The position numbers and the translations under genes were made by a program. This document shows positions 52,636 through 64,000 of a stretch of DNA of 64,000 nucleotides, piece by piece. Under the pieces are notes generated by a model. It was given only the letters and a program-made list of their open reading frames with translations. It was not told the origin of the DNA and ran no database searches. The DNA lies in the NCBI RefSeq assembly GCF_006345805.1, contig NC_043008.1, positions 75,020,001-75,084,000 on the forward strand, written 5' to 3'. Each line of letters begins with the position of its first letter. Positions within the stretch are counted from its first letter, which is position 1. Source of the DNA: Octopus sinensis (taxonomy: Eukaryota).

Positions 52636-53454
52636 CAATATTAATATCTAATTATAATAATATCTAATTTATATTTATATTAATATCTAATTTATATGCA
52701 TCATGTGAAAGTCCTTGAATAGTTTTATTATAGATGCTTAAGACATTTTAACTGTAAGATGATCCTTTTGGACTCTCGACATAGAAATTTTGAAGGGAAC
52801 CAAAATCTTCATATAATGGTATGGAAGTACCGCTTCTGATAGGTGAGACACCTCGCACAAATGAATAGCAGAAGGATCTCGAATAAGAGGCTACGCTGTG
52901 AGCTTGTATGCAGAAGGCATCAACCGTAAAGAGACACATATTAGATTACAGAAAAGTATATTTACTGTTTTGCATCCAGATTTTATTTCCAAAGTTCGTG
53001 TTATTTGGTTACTTCCTTTGTTTTAAAACCCAGGAATGTCTTTGTTATTACTGATGGTAGTAGTGATGGTGGTATATTGGCCACAGAACTGCGTGACGTC
53101 AACATCAATACACCTCTTTCAGATATTTATATTAGAATGTATCGTTTGAATCTTTATACATGCACGATTCATGTCTCTCTGGTGTGCTTGATGAGTCTTC
53201 AATTAGATCAGATTGTAAAATATCTTCATTAGTACATAATATTCAGAATAGTAACCTTCATCACGTTCCCCTAGGAGTATATCTGTACTTGACTTAATAA
53301 TTTGTCAGTTGTTCGCCATTTAAATTACCTGTATTGTTGGTGTTTAAATTAACTGTATTGTTGTTATCTGAATTAGCTGTATTGTTGGTTAACTTAGCAC
53401 GGAACCAAGAATACATGTTTACAGTTTTGAAACGAAGCAAAACGTGGGATTTTC

Positions 53455-53662
53455 TTTTATTTCTTTCAGTCATTTGTCTGCGGCCATGCCGGAGCACCGC
53501 CTTTAGTCGAACAAATCGATCCTAGGACATTTCTTTGTAAGCTTATTACTTACTCTTTCAGTCTCTTTTGCCTAACCGCTAACACACCAACATCGGTTGT
53601 CAGCGATGGTGAGGGGACAAATTAAGACATAGAAACATATACATACATACATACAAATATAT

Positions 53663-53698
<36 letters not shown>

Positions 53699-53855
53699 CG
53701 ACGGGCTTCTTTTAGTTTCCGTCTAGCAAATCCACTCGCAAGGCTTTTGTTGGCCCGAGGCTATAGCAGAAGACACTTGTCCAAGATGCCACGCAGTGGA
53801 ACTGAGCCCGGAGCCATGTGGTTGGTAAGCAAGCTACTTACAACACTGCCACTCC
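53455..53855 (-). mobile_element. SINE family A
   Basis: Near full-length match to 5161-5589. Confidence 0.85.
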
Positions 53856-53951
53856 ACCGGATTGCGAATGTACTTCGTTTTCTAGTGTCCTAACAAATAG
53901 TTAAAGCTGCTGCTGCCGCTGCTACTGCTGTTGCTGCTGCTGCTACTGCTG

Positions 53952-54021
<70 letters not shown>

Positions 54022-55014
54022 TGCATTTTGATTTGCCCCATTATTTTTGCTGAGTTGAGCTAACCAGTGTCCATCAGTGTTCACCCCTCGCTAGATACAG
54101 CAACAACTTTGATTATTTTCAGGTACTGTGTTGATCACATTGAGTGCATTTGTACTTGGCTATTACATTTAGTTTGGGTTTCTCATGTTTTTGTCAAGTC
54201 GAAATAACAATTATGTGTTAGGGCAAAAGGTGCACACATTCTCAGGGGATAGGAAAGGGATTTGCACAACCGTGAGAATGAATAACGCAAATTATATAAA
54301 AAAGCAAAGAGAAAATAAAGAACAAAATGAAACACGAATAGCACAAAGACAAATAGTGTGCTGTAACGGTAAGAAAGGAATAATGTTTCGGACAATTTAT
54401 CTTTTGTCAAGATAGACGGGCAGACATGAATGGAACAAAAACAAAGTTGTGTGTAAGTTGGGAAGGAGTAGGGTGTATTGTAGAGGAGTGTAAGTAGGAG
54501 AGGGTAAGTAGTAGTTTGATGATAAGGTGCACTAACATGCGAATTTATTCAACCCAGGTAGACTTGAGCATATTTTACCAACAACAAGACAAATAAACTT
54601 TAACGGAGGTCGGATTTCATGCATTTTCCCGTCGTTTTGCTGTTTCTGCTTCTTCACCAGAAAATGTCCCATCAACACACACACGCAGACACACACACAC
54701 AGACACACACAGACATACACACACAGACACACACACACAGGACAAAAACATGCATACACACACAAACACACACACACACGCACACACGCACACACAGAAA
54801 TCTCTCTCTCTTGCATGTATATATATTCGCCCAATTCGTTCGAGTAAAATTCCGCAAAGCGGTGACCCAGAATGACCACAGTCTAATGACTGAAACAAGT
54901 AAAAGATACATAATACACACACACACATACATACATATGTGAGTGTGCGTATGTATGTGTGTATGTATGTATGTATTTATGTATGTATGGATGGATGTAT
55001 GCATGTATGTATCT

Positions 55015-55215
55015 TTAATCTTTTGCTTGTTTCAGTCATTAGACTGCGGTCATGCTGGGGTACCGCCTTCAAGAGATTTTAGTCCTACGAATCGATCTCA
55101 GTACTTATTTTCTCTTCTACCGGTCACTTTTGCTGAACAGCTAAGTTATCGAAACGTGAACACACCAACACCGGTTAGCAAGTGGTGGAGGGGAACAAAC
55201 ACAGATGCAAAGTTA
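55015..55215 (-). mobile_element. SINE family A 3' half (an opposite-strand 3' fragment lies at 54800-54910)
   Basis: CTTGTTTCAGTCATTAGACTGCGGTCATGCTGGGGTACCGCC. Confidence 0.7.
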
Positions 55216-55440
55216 AACACTCACATACACATACATGCACTCGTACATATGTATATTCATGAATATACACACACACACACACATCAATATTTACTGGAAA
55301 TAGCAGTTAATTCATTTACGACGCTATAGTTAAGCTTCAATGTGTATATACTGACAAAGACATGTGAGGACAGCAAACATAAACAATTTTGTCTTATCTG
55401 TTGGAAGAACATTATATGAATGGACAACCCAGAATTGGAT

Positions 55441-55515
55441 AATCCAGTACCTAGTTTTCGGACTCTTCAAATACGTTTGTCATCGTAAATTTGGTTAGTC
55501 TTCATCAGCTGGATT
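55441..55515 (-). ncRNA. Type I hammerhead ribozyme motif (HHR-3)
   Basis: Minus: AAUCCAG-CUGAUGA-AGAC...(CAAA/UUUG, UACG/CGUA)...GUCC-GAAA-ACUAGG-UA-CUGGAUU. Perfect 7-bp stem I, long stem II, stem III one change from the palindrome ACCUAGGU, GUA triplet. Confidence 0.65.
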
Positions 55516-55543
55516 TACCTGGACAATATTTCAAATATTGCTA

Positions 55544-56345
55544 TCAGGTCATCTCATAAGTTCTGTCCTATTTTACCATTTTAAAAATTAAATGAAATTT
55601 AGTAGTATTTTAGAATGTCTAATGGAATTAAAATTATTTTTATGCATTTGTGTACATTTAAACTAATTAAATATTATTTTACAGAATAATAGAATTAAAA
55701 TGTCTTTGATTAAAACCCTTTCTAACATGAAAGTATAAAAAAGAGCATTTGAGGCACATAATACTTTACGAGTACAAAAAACGAAACTCTGAAGCGACTC
55801 GAAATATACTCTCAGTTTATGGGAAAGAATGCTTGAATGAAAGAACTTGCAGAATATGGTTTGCAAAATTCAGAAGTGGAGATTTCAGCCTTGAAGATGA
55901 AGATCGAACAGGAAGTCCACTTGAGTTTCATGATAAGCTCCTTGAGGCATTACTTGAAGAAAATCCTGCACTATCAGTTGAAGAAGTGGCAATAAAGCTT
56001 AATTAAAACCAAACAACTGTTCATCGTCATCTTCAACAACTTGGAAAGGTTCCAAAACTTGGAGAATGTGTGCCTCAGGAATTGTCCGAAAGCAACCGTA
56101 GATCTCGAGTTCACATCTGCTCTTCTCTCCATTCTCGCGAACACATTTCACCCTTTTTGGATAGACTTATGACTGGTGACGAAAAATGGATCTTCTATCG
56201 AAATGCTAAACGTCGTAAACAGTGGCTTGATAAAAGGGAAAAAGCTCAACCACAACCGATAAGGGAACTTCATGGGAAAAGGTTTTTCTCCCCATCTGGT
56301 GGGATTGCAAAGGAGTAATTCACTTTGAATTGTTACAACCTAAAT
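55544..56345 (+). mobile_element. Mariner transposon, 5' half
   Basis: TA|TCAGGTCATCTCATAAGTTCTGTCC TIR-like start; HLRHIILYEY...WFAKFRSGDFSLEDEDRTG...CVPQEL...MTGDEKWIFY; in-frame stops. Confidence 0.88.
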
Positions 56346-56415
56346 CATATGTGAATATATGGGTGCACACACACGCATACATGCACGCACACACACCCAC
56401 ACACACGCATACATG

Positions 56416-56454
<39 letters not shown>

Positions 56455-56669
56455 GCACATGCTTTTACTGCGATATCTTTGTTAAGCAACGTCGATTTTT
56501 GCAATTTTGTAAATAATAACAGTATTTTATAAGCTTAAAGCTTATAGCAATCACCTCACAAAACTAATGAAAATAGTCTAAGAATGGGCCATATAAGCCC
56601 TCGACAGAAAAAGTAGGTTTTCCCGTACGCGTGGGACGCGAACCCACATCTCTTTGTTTACGCGACCCA

Positions 56670-56770
<101 letters not shown>

Positions 56771-56859
56771 TATATATACTATCAGAAACACCAGTCGTCG
56801 AGTGGGTTGAAAAATGCTGCCAAAATTAAACTATGAATATTGAAAGTTATTCACTTAGA

Positions 56860-57560
56860 TTATATTGAAAATAAGGACCACTAAGAATAGCAGTGGTCGC
56901 AGGACAGTTTCCGTGGAACACCAGTCCTTATTTATGTTTTCTTGGAGGTAGCCCTGTTGAGCACCATTGCCTAACTTCTCTCTTTTAGAAAGTCATGTAG
57001 CCCTTCTCCAAGTTTTTCAAGTATTCCAAGATTTCGAAGCTTCTGACAAATCATACCATGGTCAACATTGTCAAAAGGCGTTTGCAGAGTCGAAGTATAT
57101 CACGTCCACATTTGAATTGTTGAGCAGCCGCTTTAGCACCACCCAGTCATAATGACGGAAGAGCAGTGTCAGTCAGCTTCTACCTGGTCGTAAACCATGC
57201 TTGGTGTCAGTCTGCTAGTCATTCTCTTCAAGGAACGCAATTAATTTCCTTTGGACTATTCGTTCCATGACTTTGCTGGTGTGTGAGGTAAGAGAGATAG
57301 GCCTATAGTTTTTAGCATCTGTTCTGTTTCCTCCTTTATGGATAGGGCATATCATTCCCTCCTTTAGTTTGTCTGGGAGCTTACCATTTGCGAGGAAGCT
57401 CCGAAAAAGTAGCAGCAATAGTTTTGCAAGGCCACGTTTGCATGAATTGAGGAGGCCTCGTTTGCATGAATTGCTGGGAATCCATCAGGGCCAGCAGCTG
57501 AGTTTGCATCTATATCATCAATTGCTAACACTATATCCTTTTCTTCGATATTGATTTCAT
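56860..57560 (-). mobile_element. CR1/L2-group LINE RT fragment
   Basis: PIHKGGNRTDAKNYRPISLTSHTSKVMERIV...HGLRPGRS...VDVIYFD...GVP remnant. Confidence 0.8.
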
Positions 57561-57944
57561 CAATTCTTACTGCCTGCCGTTCATCTTCTGTAGCAGTAAA
57601 GAATTATACTGGTTTGTGCATATACACTTCTGATCTATGATCTTCAGTATTATTCTATTCTCGAAGGCGATTCTGTCCCCAACCCTTCTTCAGCCCTGCA
57701 CTATACTTATGAATGTCCTAACAGATTTTAACGTTTTATTATATTACACGCTCACACTACATAGACGTTCGTCTTCGTAGCAATAACAACTAAACGACAC
57801 AGCAATGTTTTTTAAAATGGATGGGAAGTAGAAGTAATGTAGTCTAATAAATATTTTATCAGAAAAATAAAGAATTTGGGATGGATGATTACAGCTGGAT
57901 TGTCTTTGATCGTAGCATTAATAAATTAACGTAGACTTAGGGCT

Positions 57945-57977
<33 letters not shown>

Positions 57978-58266
57978 AACAACAACAACAACAACAACAA
58001 CAGCAACAGTATATTTTAGGAAAGAAAAATGTTTTTTGTCGTGGAATTCTAAAACTGAAAAAATATCGAAGGAAGTGAAATCACGAAAAGATCGTCTTGG
58101 AAATAGTTGAAGTGGTTATTGATTGATGTATGGAAGAAGAAAATGACGGCATTTCATCCATTTGTCTTGAACTAAGAATTTATGAGAAGAAATTGTATAA
58201 TTGTATAATGAGATGTGTTTGCATGTTTTCCAAAGTGCTTTCTGATGTTGTTGTTTCGTAAAATAC

Positions 58267-58330
<64 letters not shown>

Positions 58331-58635
58331 CAGATACACACACATACTCACACATATTCACATACACAGACACACACAGACACACACACACACAAAAACA
58401 CACCATGCATACATAAATGCTCACACATACATAAAATAACATTTGCCATAACAGACAATACGAACATTTAATGTCGGTGTTGTTGTCGTCGTCTTCTTCT
58501 TCTTCTTGTTCTTCCCCTCCACTTCCTTCTCCTCCTCCTTCTCCTCATCGTTGTCATCACCAATATCCTTTTCTTACTATCATTGTTGCTGCCGCTACTA
58601 CTACTACAACAAAAACAACAACAACAACAACAACA

Positions 58636-58680
<45 letters not shown>

Positions 58681-59269
58681 GCTACTACTACTACTGCTAC
58701 TGCTGCTGCTGTAATAGAAAAACAAATTAATCGGTCAAAAGAATAACATATTTCTTAGAGAGAGAAGCGGTAAGATAATATATGTAAGAGTGAGAGAAAT
58801 GGAGTGACAGTACATGTATGACAGAGAGAAAAAGAGCGAGAGAGAGAGGGAAAGAGAAAGAAAAAGGAAAATGAAGACATGTGTCTATGTGTGTGAGAGA
58901 AAGAGAAAGTTAGTGTATGAGAGATTATCTAAATAACATTTTGAATGAGCTATTGCATGATATATAGAAAATGTGGTTTTAGTTAATATGTCGGCGTTGT
59001 TCAAGGGTGGATGGTTCGTGAACGACATCCGCCATTAGCTCAAAACTGAGGGACTGAGAAGTGCAACTGAAATATGTTGATACCAATTGTCAAGAGAATG
59101 CAGTTCCATCTTAGAAACAGTCAATACCAGAGTAGTTAGGCCGTCGTTGACCAGCTAGAAATAGGTACCTAGTATTCTTTAAATCGTTCCATGCTGTCTT
59201 AATAAAGGAGGATACATTGAACAATGAAGTGATTGATATCTAAATAAATGGTATGATGGTTACGGCTGG

Positions 59270-59455
59270 CTGGAACGCCTTCATACCCATGCTGGGGCAC
59301 CGGCCTGAAGAGTTTTCAGTCGAACGAATCTACCCCACTACATATTTTTTGAAGCTTCGTACTTATCTATCCGCCTGTTTTGCCGAACCGCTAAGTTACG
59401 GGTACGTAAACAAACCAACAGCAGGTGTAAAGCGGTGGTGGGGAACAAACATACA
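59270..59455 (-). mobile_element. SINE family A 3' half
   Basis: TTTGCCGAACCGCTAAGTTACGGGTACGTAAACAAACC. Confidence 0.65.
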
Positions 59456-59458
59456 CCT

Positions 59459-59501
<43 letters not shown>

Positions 59502-59595
59502 ATAAAGGGTGGAATATAATTAATTTAATAAAATTAATCAATTTCACCTAGTAGATTTATCGGTATGGAAAAGACCATATTTGGTAAGGGTTATA

Positions 59596-60081
59596 ATAAT
59601 TATAATTAAGGGTTAATTGCAACAAGTTGCTCAAAACCACATACCGAAAATATTAGAAATAGCAGCCAAAATTGATCACTATTTCCTCTACTAATAAAAA
59701 GTCTCCACAAACAAACAGAATTTGTAAGCTATATATGGCAAAAAGGCAGAAAACAACGAAATCCCAGCCTATGGATTAATTATAGACGAATCGTTTCTGG
59801 ATTAGAACCGAAGGTTCATTTCCTTGTCAGTATATTGACAAGGAAATTGACAAGGAAATGAACCTTCGGTTCTAATCCAGAAACGATTCGTCTATAATTA
59901 ATCCATAGGCTGGGATTTCGTTGTTTTCTGCCTTTTTGCCATATACAGCTTACAAATTCTGTTTGTTTGTGGAGACTTTTTATTAGTAGAGGAAATAGTG
60001 ATCAATTTTGGCTGCTATTTCTAATATTTTCGGTATGTGGTTTTGAGCAACTTGTTGCAATTAACCCTTAATTATAATTAT
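59596..60081. repeat. Near-perfect fold-back palindrome with 234-bp arms
   Basis: 59596-59829 is the reverse complement of 59848-60081, with one mismatch noticed (59731/59946). The 18-bp spacer contains a 12-bp direct duplication TGACAAGGAAAT. Confidence 0.95.
59781..59834 (-). ncRNA. Type I hammerhead-like motif with damaged core (HHR-4)
   Basis: Minus: UAUA-CUGACAA-GGAAAUGAACCUUCGGUUCUAAUCCA-GAAA-CGAUUCG-UC-UAUA. GUC triplet; core lacks the canonical G8. Confidence 0.55.
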
Positions 60082-60494
60082 ATATATATATATATATATA
60101 ATACAAAATGGGACAAGAACGCAAGACATCCGGACAGCTAGGTGATACAAAAAGGGACAAGAAAACATCCAGCTAGACGATACAAAGTAAACAAGGACAA
60201 GTCATTCGAAATTTTCTTTCCTCAGTCAAGCATCAGATTATTCTCGCAATTTCGGCTGATTATTCTTGAGATTGCTCCAATCTGGCCAGCTCCAAGGAAA
60301 AACCACGCTAAGTGCATTAGATTCCTTGGTAGAAACTAACGAATCTATACAAAAACAAGGACGGAAAAAACGGACAAAGTTACACAAAAATAAATACAAT
60401 AATAAATACAATTAAATAATAACAGGACATAACAACAGGTGTCTTTCGACTAAGGACGAATTGAATTAAGCTGGCGCGTGTGGAAATGAAGCCC

Positions 60495-60592
60495 TACGGC
60501 AGAAGACACTTGCTCAAAGTGTCACGCAGAGTGACTGAACTCGGAACCATGTTAGGAAGCAAGTTTCTTATTACATAGCCACGCCTGTGCCT
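60495..60592 (-). mobile_element. SINE family A head
   Basis: GAAGACACTTGCTCAAAGTGTCACGCAGAGTGACTGAACTCGGAACCATG. Confidence 0.65.
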
Positions 60593-60694
60593 TTAGAGTA
60601 CAGTAGAGTACAGTTGTGCGGTGCAGAGTAATTTAGAATAGTATAGTGTCGTGTACGTAGTTTAGTTTAGTATAGTAAGAGGGAAAGTAGAGTT

Positions 60695-61020
60695 AAGGCC
60701 CCCTTCGGTCATGAATGACCATGGAATAATACCTAGAATGTTACCCTCCAAGGCACAAGTCCGGGCAAGGTTGTTTTATGGAAGACCAACAGTCGCCTAT
60801 GGATACCCACCTCCCCTCACCGTTATCCAAAGGAAAGACAAAGGTTGATACAGCTTGGAACTAGTGACGTCGCAACTCATTTCTACAGCTGAGTGAATTG
60901 GAGCAACGTGAAATAAAGCGTCTTGCTCAAGAACACAACACACAGCCTGATCCGGGAATTGAATTCACTGCTTCATGATTATGAGCCCCACACTCTCACC
61001 ACTGAGCCACGTGCCTTCAC
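60695..61020 (-). mobile_element. SINE family C
   Basis: Reverse complement of 1489-1779; tRNA-like head GGCTCAGTGGTGAGAGTG...TCAATTCCCGG. Confidence 0.8.
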
Positions 61021-62639
61021 TAAGTAAGAGGGTGCAATGCAATATCATGGTGTGTACACTGTTATGGAGAGCAATGAAGTGTAGTACAGCACAGTGTAGT
61101 AGAGTAGCATAATGTTCCGTATAGTTGTGTAATGTAGCGTAGTGTAAAGGAGTGTAGACATGGTGTAAAGAAGAGTTGTGTGGTGTAGTATAAGGGAATG
61201 GAGTGTACTTATAGGGTAATCAGGTATCAGGTATCAGAATGAAAAAGAAAGGGAGGGATGGAAAGGGAGAGAATGAGGGGAGGAGGGAGAGAGAGAGGGA
61301 GGAGGGAGAAAGAGAGAGAGAGGGAGGAATGGAGAAAGAAAGGGAAGGAGAAAGAGGGTGGAGCAGAGAGAGGGAGGTGGAGAGAAAAAGGTAGAGACAG
61401 ACAAAGGAAGACATAGAAAGAAATAAAATGAGAGAAGGAGAGAGAGAAAGAAAGCGAGAGAGAGAGAGAGAGATTCTAGTCAAACGCCATATCTCTCCTC
61501 GCACCAACTTTTTTTTATCTTACCCGTTTTAAAATGTCTTACCATGTAGATATATATTCTTTACAAACTGTCAATCTGTAAATAAGAATGAAGTGCGATT
61601 CTAAATAATACATACAAACAGAATTTTATAGCAGCTCCACCGTTTCTACTTCTAACTATAAAGCGTGATAAATGTCTGGTAAGGAAACCAAATTTTGTAT
61701 AAATACATTCTAACTTTGTTGAAATATTTATTTCATAACAATTCAAATGGACCATATGTCTAATTCTTTTTTTGTTAACTTAGAAAATGGATGTATAGCC
61801 TCAAGAAAGGCATGCACACTTCAACCTCTCACTGTCCGCTCACGTCACTATAATTTAAATTCCGATGTTTATGTGCTATGTCAAAAAAAAAAAAAAAAAT
61901 CATTACTTCACTTGAATAATGAATACAGAGAAAACATTGAGAAGTGGTGCTATTACTTCACTAGATTTCCGATTTCTTAAACGTCGAGTTGCTAACATTC
62001 ATAATACTGAACAAACAAAAAAGAAACCAGACACGAAAACATGTTTTGGGGAATAATTCAATGACATATTTTAGTAAAATGCAAGGTTGTTACTGTTGCT
62101 GATAATAAGTCTGGTAGCCATGGAGGGGCGGTGAAGTGAAGAAAAGACAAGAGTTTTGGACATACTAATGGCCGGCGGAAGTAAAAAAGGAGTGAATAAA
62201 TTAAAAGGTAGCACAGGAAATGGATGAGGTGTTAACTGCGAAGAATATTTTTGTAAATTAACTTGAAGAAAATAACAATCTAAAATAACAAAAGAAAAGA
62301 AGTGAATAAGATCGATAAAAGCTTAAAAAACATCTTCAAGTTCATAAAGTTTTGTTTTTCTTCGCCAACATAACATTTATTTTAAGTTAACAACACAACT
62401 GGATATATACAGAGTAACAAGGGTCTTTTGTTTAAGACGAGTGAGCTCCTGGGGCTTGCGGAAACGTGAACTGGATAATATGCCTCTTTTGTATATGTAG
62501 GTGCGTGAGTGAGATTACTTTTTATGTATGCACGTACGTGTATACACCATACGTACACATGTGATTGTATATATATGTTCATTCCAAGAAAATCAAATGG
62601 ATCCTAGAGCTCACATCATACTACAAATTACTGACTCAC

Positions 62640-62722
62640 GATCTGTTTGTCATCCCCACCTGAATTCGTAACAACAGTTGCTCTGCTCATCATTTGTATA
62701 CTAGATGAGACCCATGTCCCTG
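62640..62722 (-). CDS. Candidate internal exon of an unknown gene (GTWVSSSIQMMSRATVVTNSGGDDKQI)
   Basis: Acceptor TTTTCGGTTTTAACAG (NAGNAG) and donor ATC|GTGAGT with one open frame; no homology recognised. Confidence 0.3.
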
Positions 62723-64000
62723 CTGTTAAAACCGAAAACTATTAACAGGCATATGAAATTTCTACATCAACAATGCAATTGACCACCTCAACCTAAAAAC
62801 ATACAAAATAAGGACGCTTAGGTTCAAATCGATTCAAAGAGCCCTTAAATATCTCGTATAATTTCAACAATATCTACATTCCACCAAACGTCGGAGTGGA
62901 TTTAACCAAGTCTGAATACGTGATGTAAAACATATCATCACAGTTGGATAGAATTCCAAAGAAAATATTCCCCGATTGATGACAAAAGAAACACACATGA
63001 CAGACAAAATCAAATGAAAGACTTTCTGCTTCTCAGTAGAAGTTCAGATAATAATGTGTTGTAAGAAAGTTTCGTAGTGACAGAAGTTATTGAGAGGACA
63101 TGTTAATTTGGTAAATTAACAGCCGTTGTTTTAAATATTCATCCCAATTTCATTAATCATTGTCAACTTCTGCTTCAAATCTCTCTCTCTCTCTCTACGG
63201 TGTCTCATATAATATAAGTTCCTGTGGTCTGTCTTGCAAATTCAATTTCTAAAATGATATATTTCACAAAGAATACGTCATCATTATTGAAGTTCTTCGA
63301 TCTTCCAGCTCCTAGTGCACTTGTTATTGTTACTATTGTTATATTCACATTTGGTGCGGGCGGTCAGCTTTACCACAAGGTTTATCAGTATAAGTCTGGA
63401 TGGTTGTGACTCTTCATAATGGTTATAATTGTATCTTTTGTAAGAGAATGTTTACGTAGTGTTATTTGCGTAGTGTTTACACTTTGGGGAATACAATTAC
63501 AGTCATCAGCTTTTAGAATAAAATTACTTTCACCGATTCCTTTCTTATGTTGTTTGTTGGCGTAATTATTTCGCCGCGAAATTATTTAGCTCAGGGCGAA
63601 GTTCGTCCCAGTACATTTTCAATCTATTCACATAGGCAACTGAGGTATCTTCTTTTGCGATTTTATAGCAATTAAGTAAGTCGTAATTGTTTTATTTTAC
63701 TCCAAGAGAAATGTACTTTATGGTTTCAATTTCATCAATAGCAACTAATACAGTTTGTTTATTGGTTTCGATGCTGGCTTTCTTCTCTTTTTTTTAACCA
63801 TAATGTTGACGTGGTGGCTAGCCATGTTGTTTTCAACAAATGTCTACTTGATGCATTCAAGTTTGAAACAAATGTTATCACGATCATGAATAAAAGCTTC
63901 CTTCAATGAATGTGACTAGAAGAATAACCAGTTATTTAATAAGGCTATTAGTTGTGGTATTGATGCTGAAGATTAAATATATCGTGAATTCTCCCACGCT

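Noticed and set aside
61520-62200. ATG|GTAAG-type donors and an ETS/YY1-like motif (ATGGCCGGCGGAAGT) as a possible promoter or first exon
   Set aside because: Short motifs expected by chance, on conflicting strands, with no supporting structure.

Overview
AT-rich, microsatellite-laden animal genomic DNA. The SINE, RTE and MITE families look like those of Octopus (inferred from repeat content, not from a search). Host coding content is minimal: one convincing terminal exon (8981-9099, +) encoding a FIP-RBD-like C-terminus, plus one weak candidate exon. The rest is mostly transposon material: a young 5'-truncated RTE LINE (16823-21882) whose 3' UTR has expanded into a ~2.4 kb higher-order tandem array, older RTE/CR1/RLE/Penelope/mariner/Helitron remnants, three tRNA-headed SINE families, several MITEs, a degenerate GTCAAC satellite and a 900-bp tandem duplication. 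The most interesting signal is four minus-strand type I hammerhead-ribozyme folds (16139-16190, 37641-37687, 55441-55515, 59781-59834). Three have a palindromic or near-palindromic stem III like Penelope-type hammerheads, and none has a Watson-Crick first pair in stem II. Two sit at the same position in a related non-coding element family and show compensatory changes. One lies at the centre of a 234-bp-arm fold-back palindrome. One lies 3' of an ORF1-only (RRM-like + CCHC) retroelement that lacks reverse transcriptase. All structures were read by eye and need computational and biochemical confirmation.
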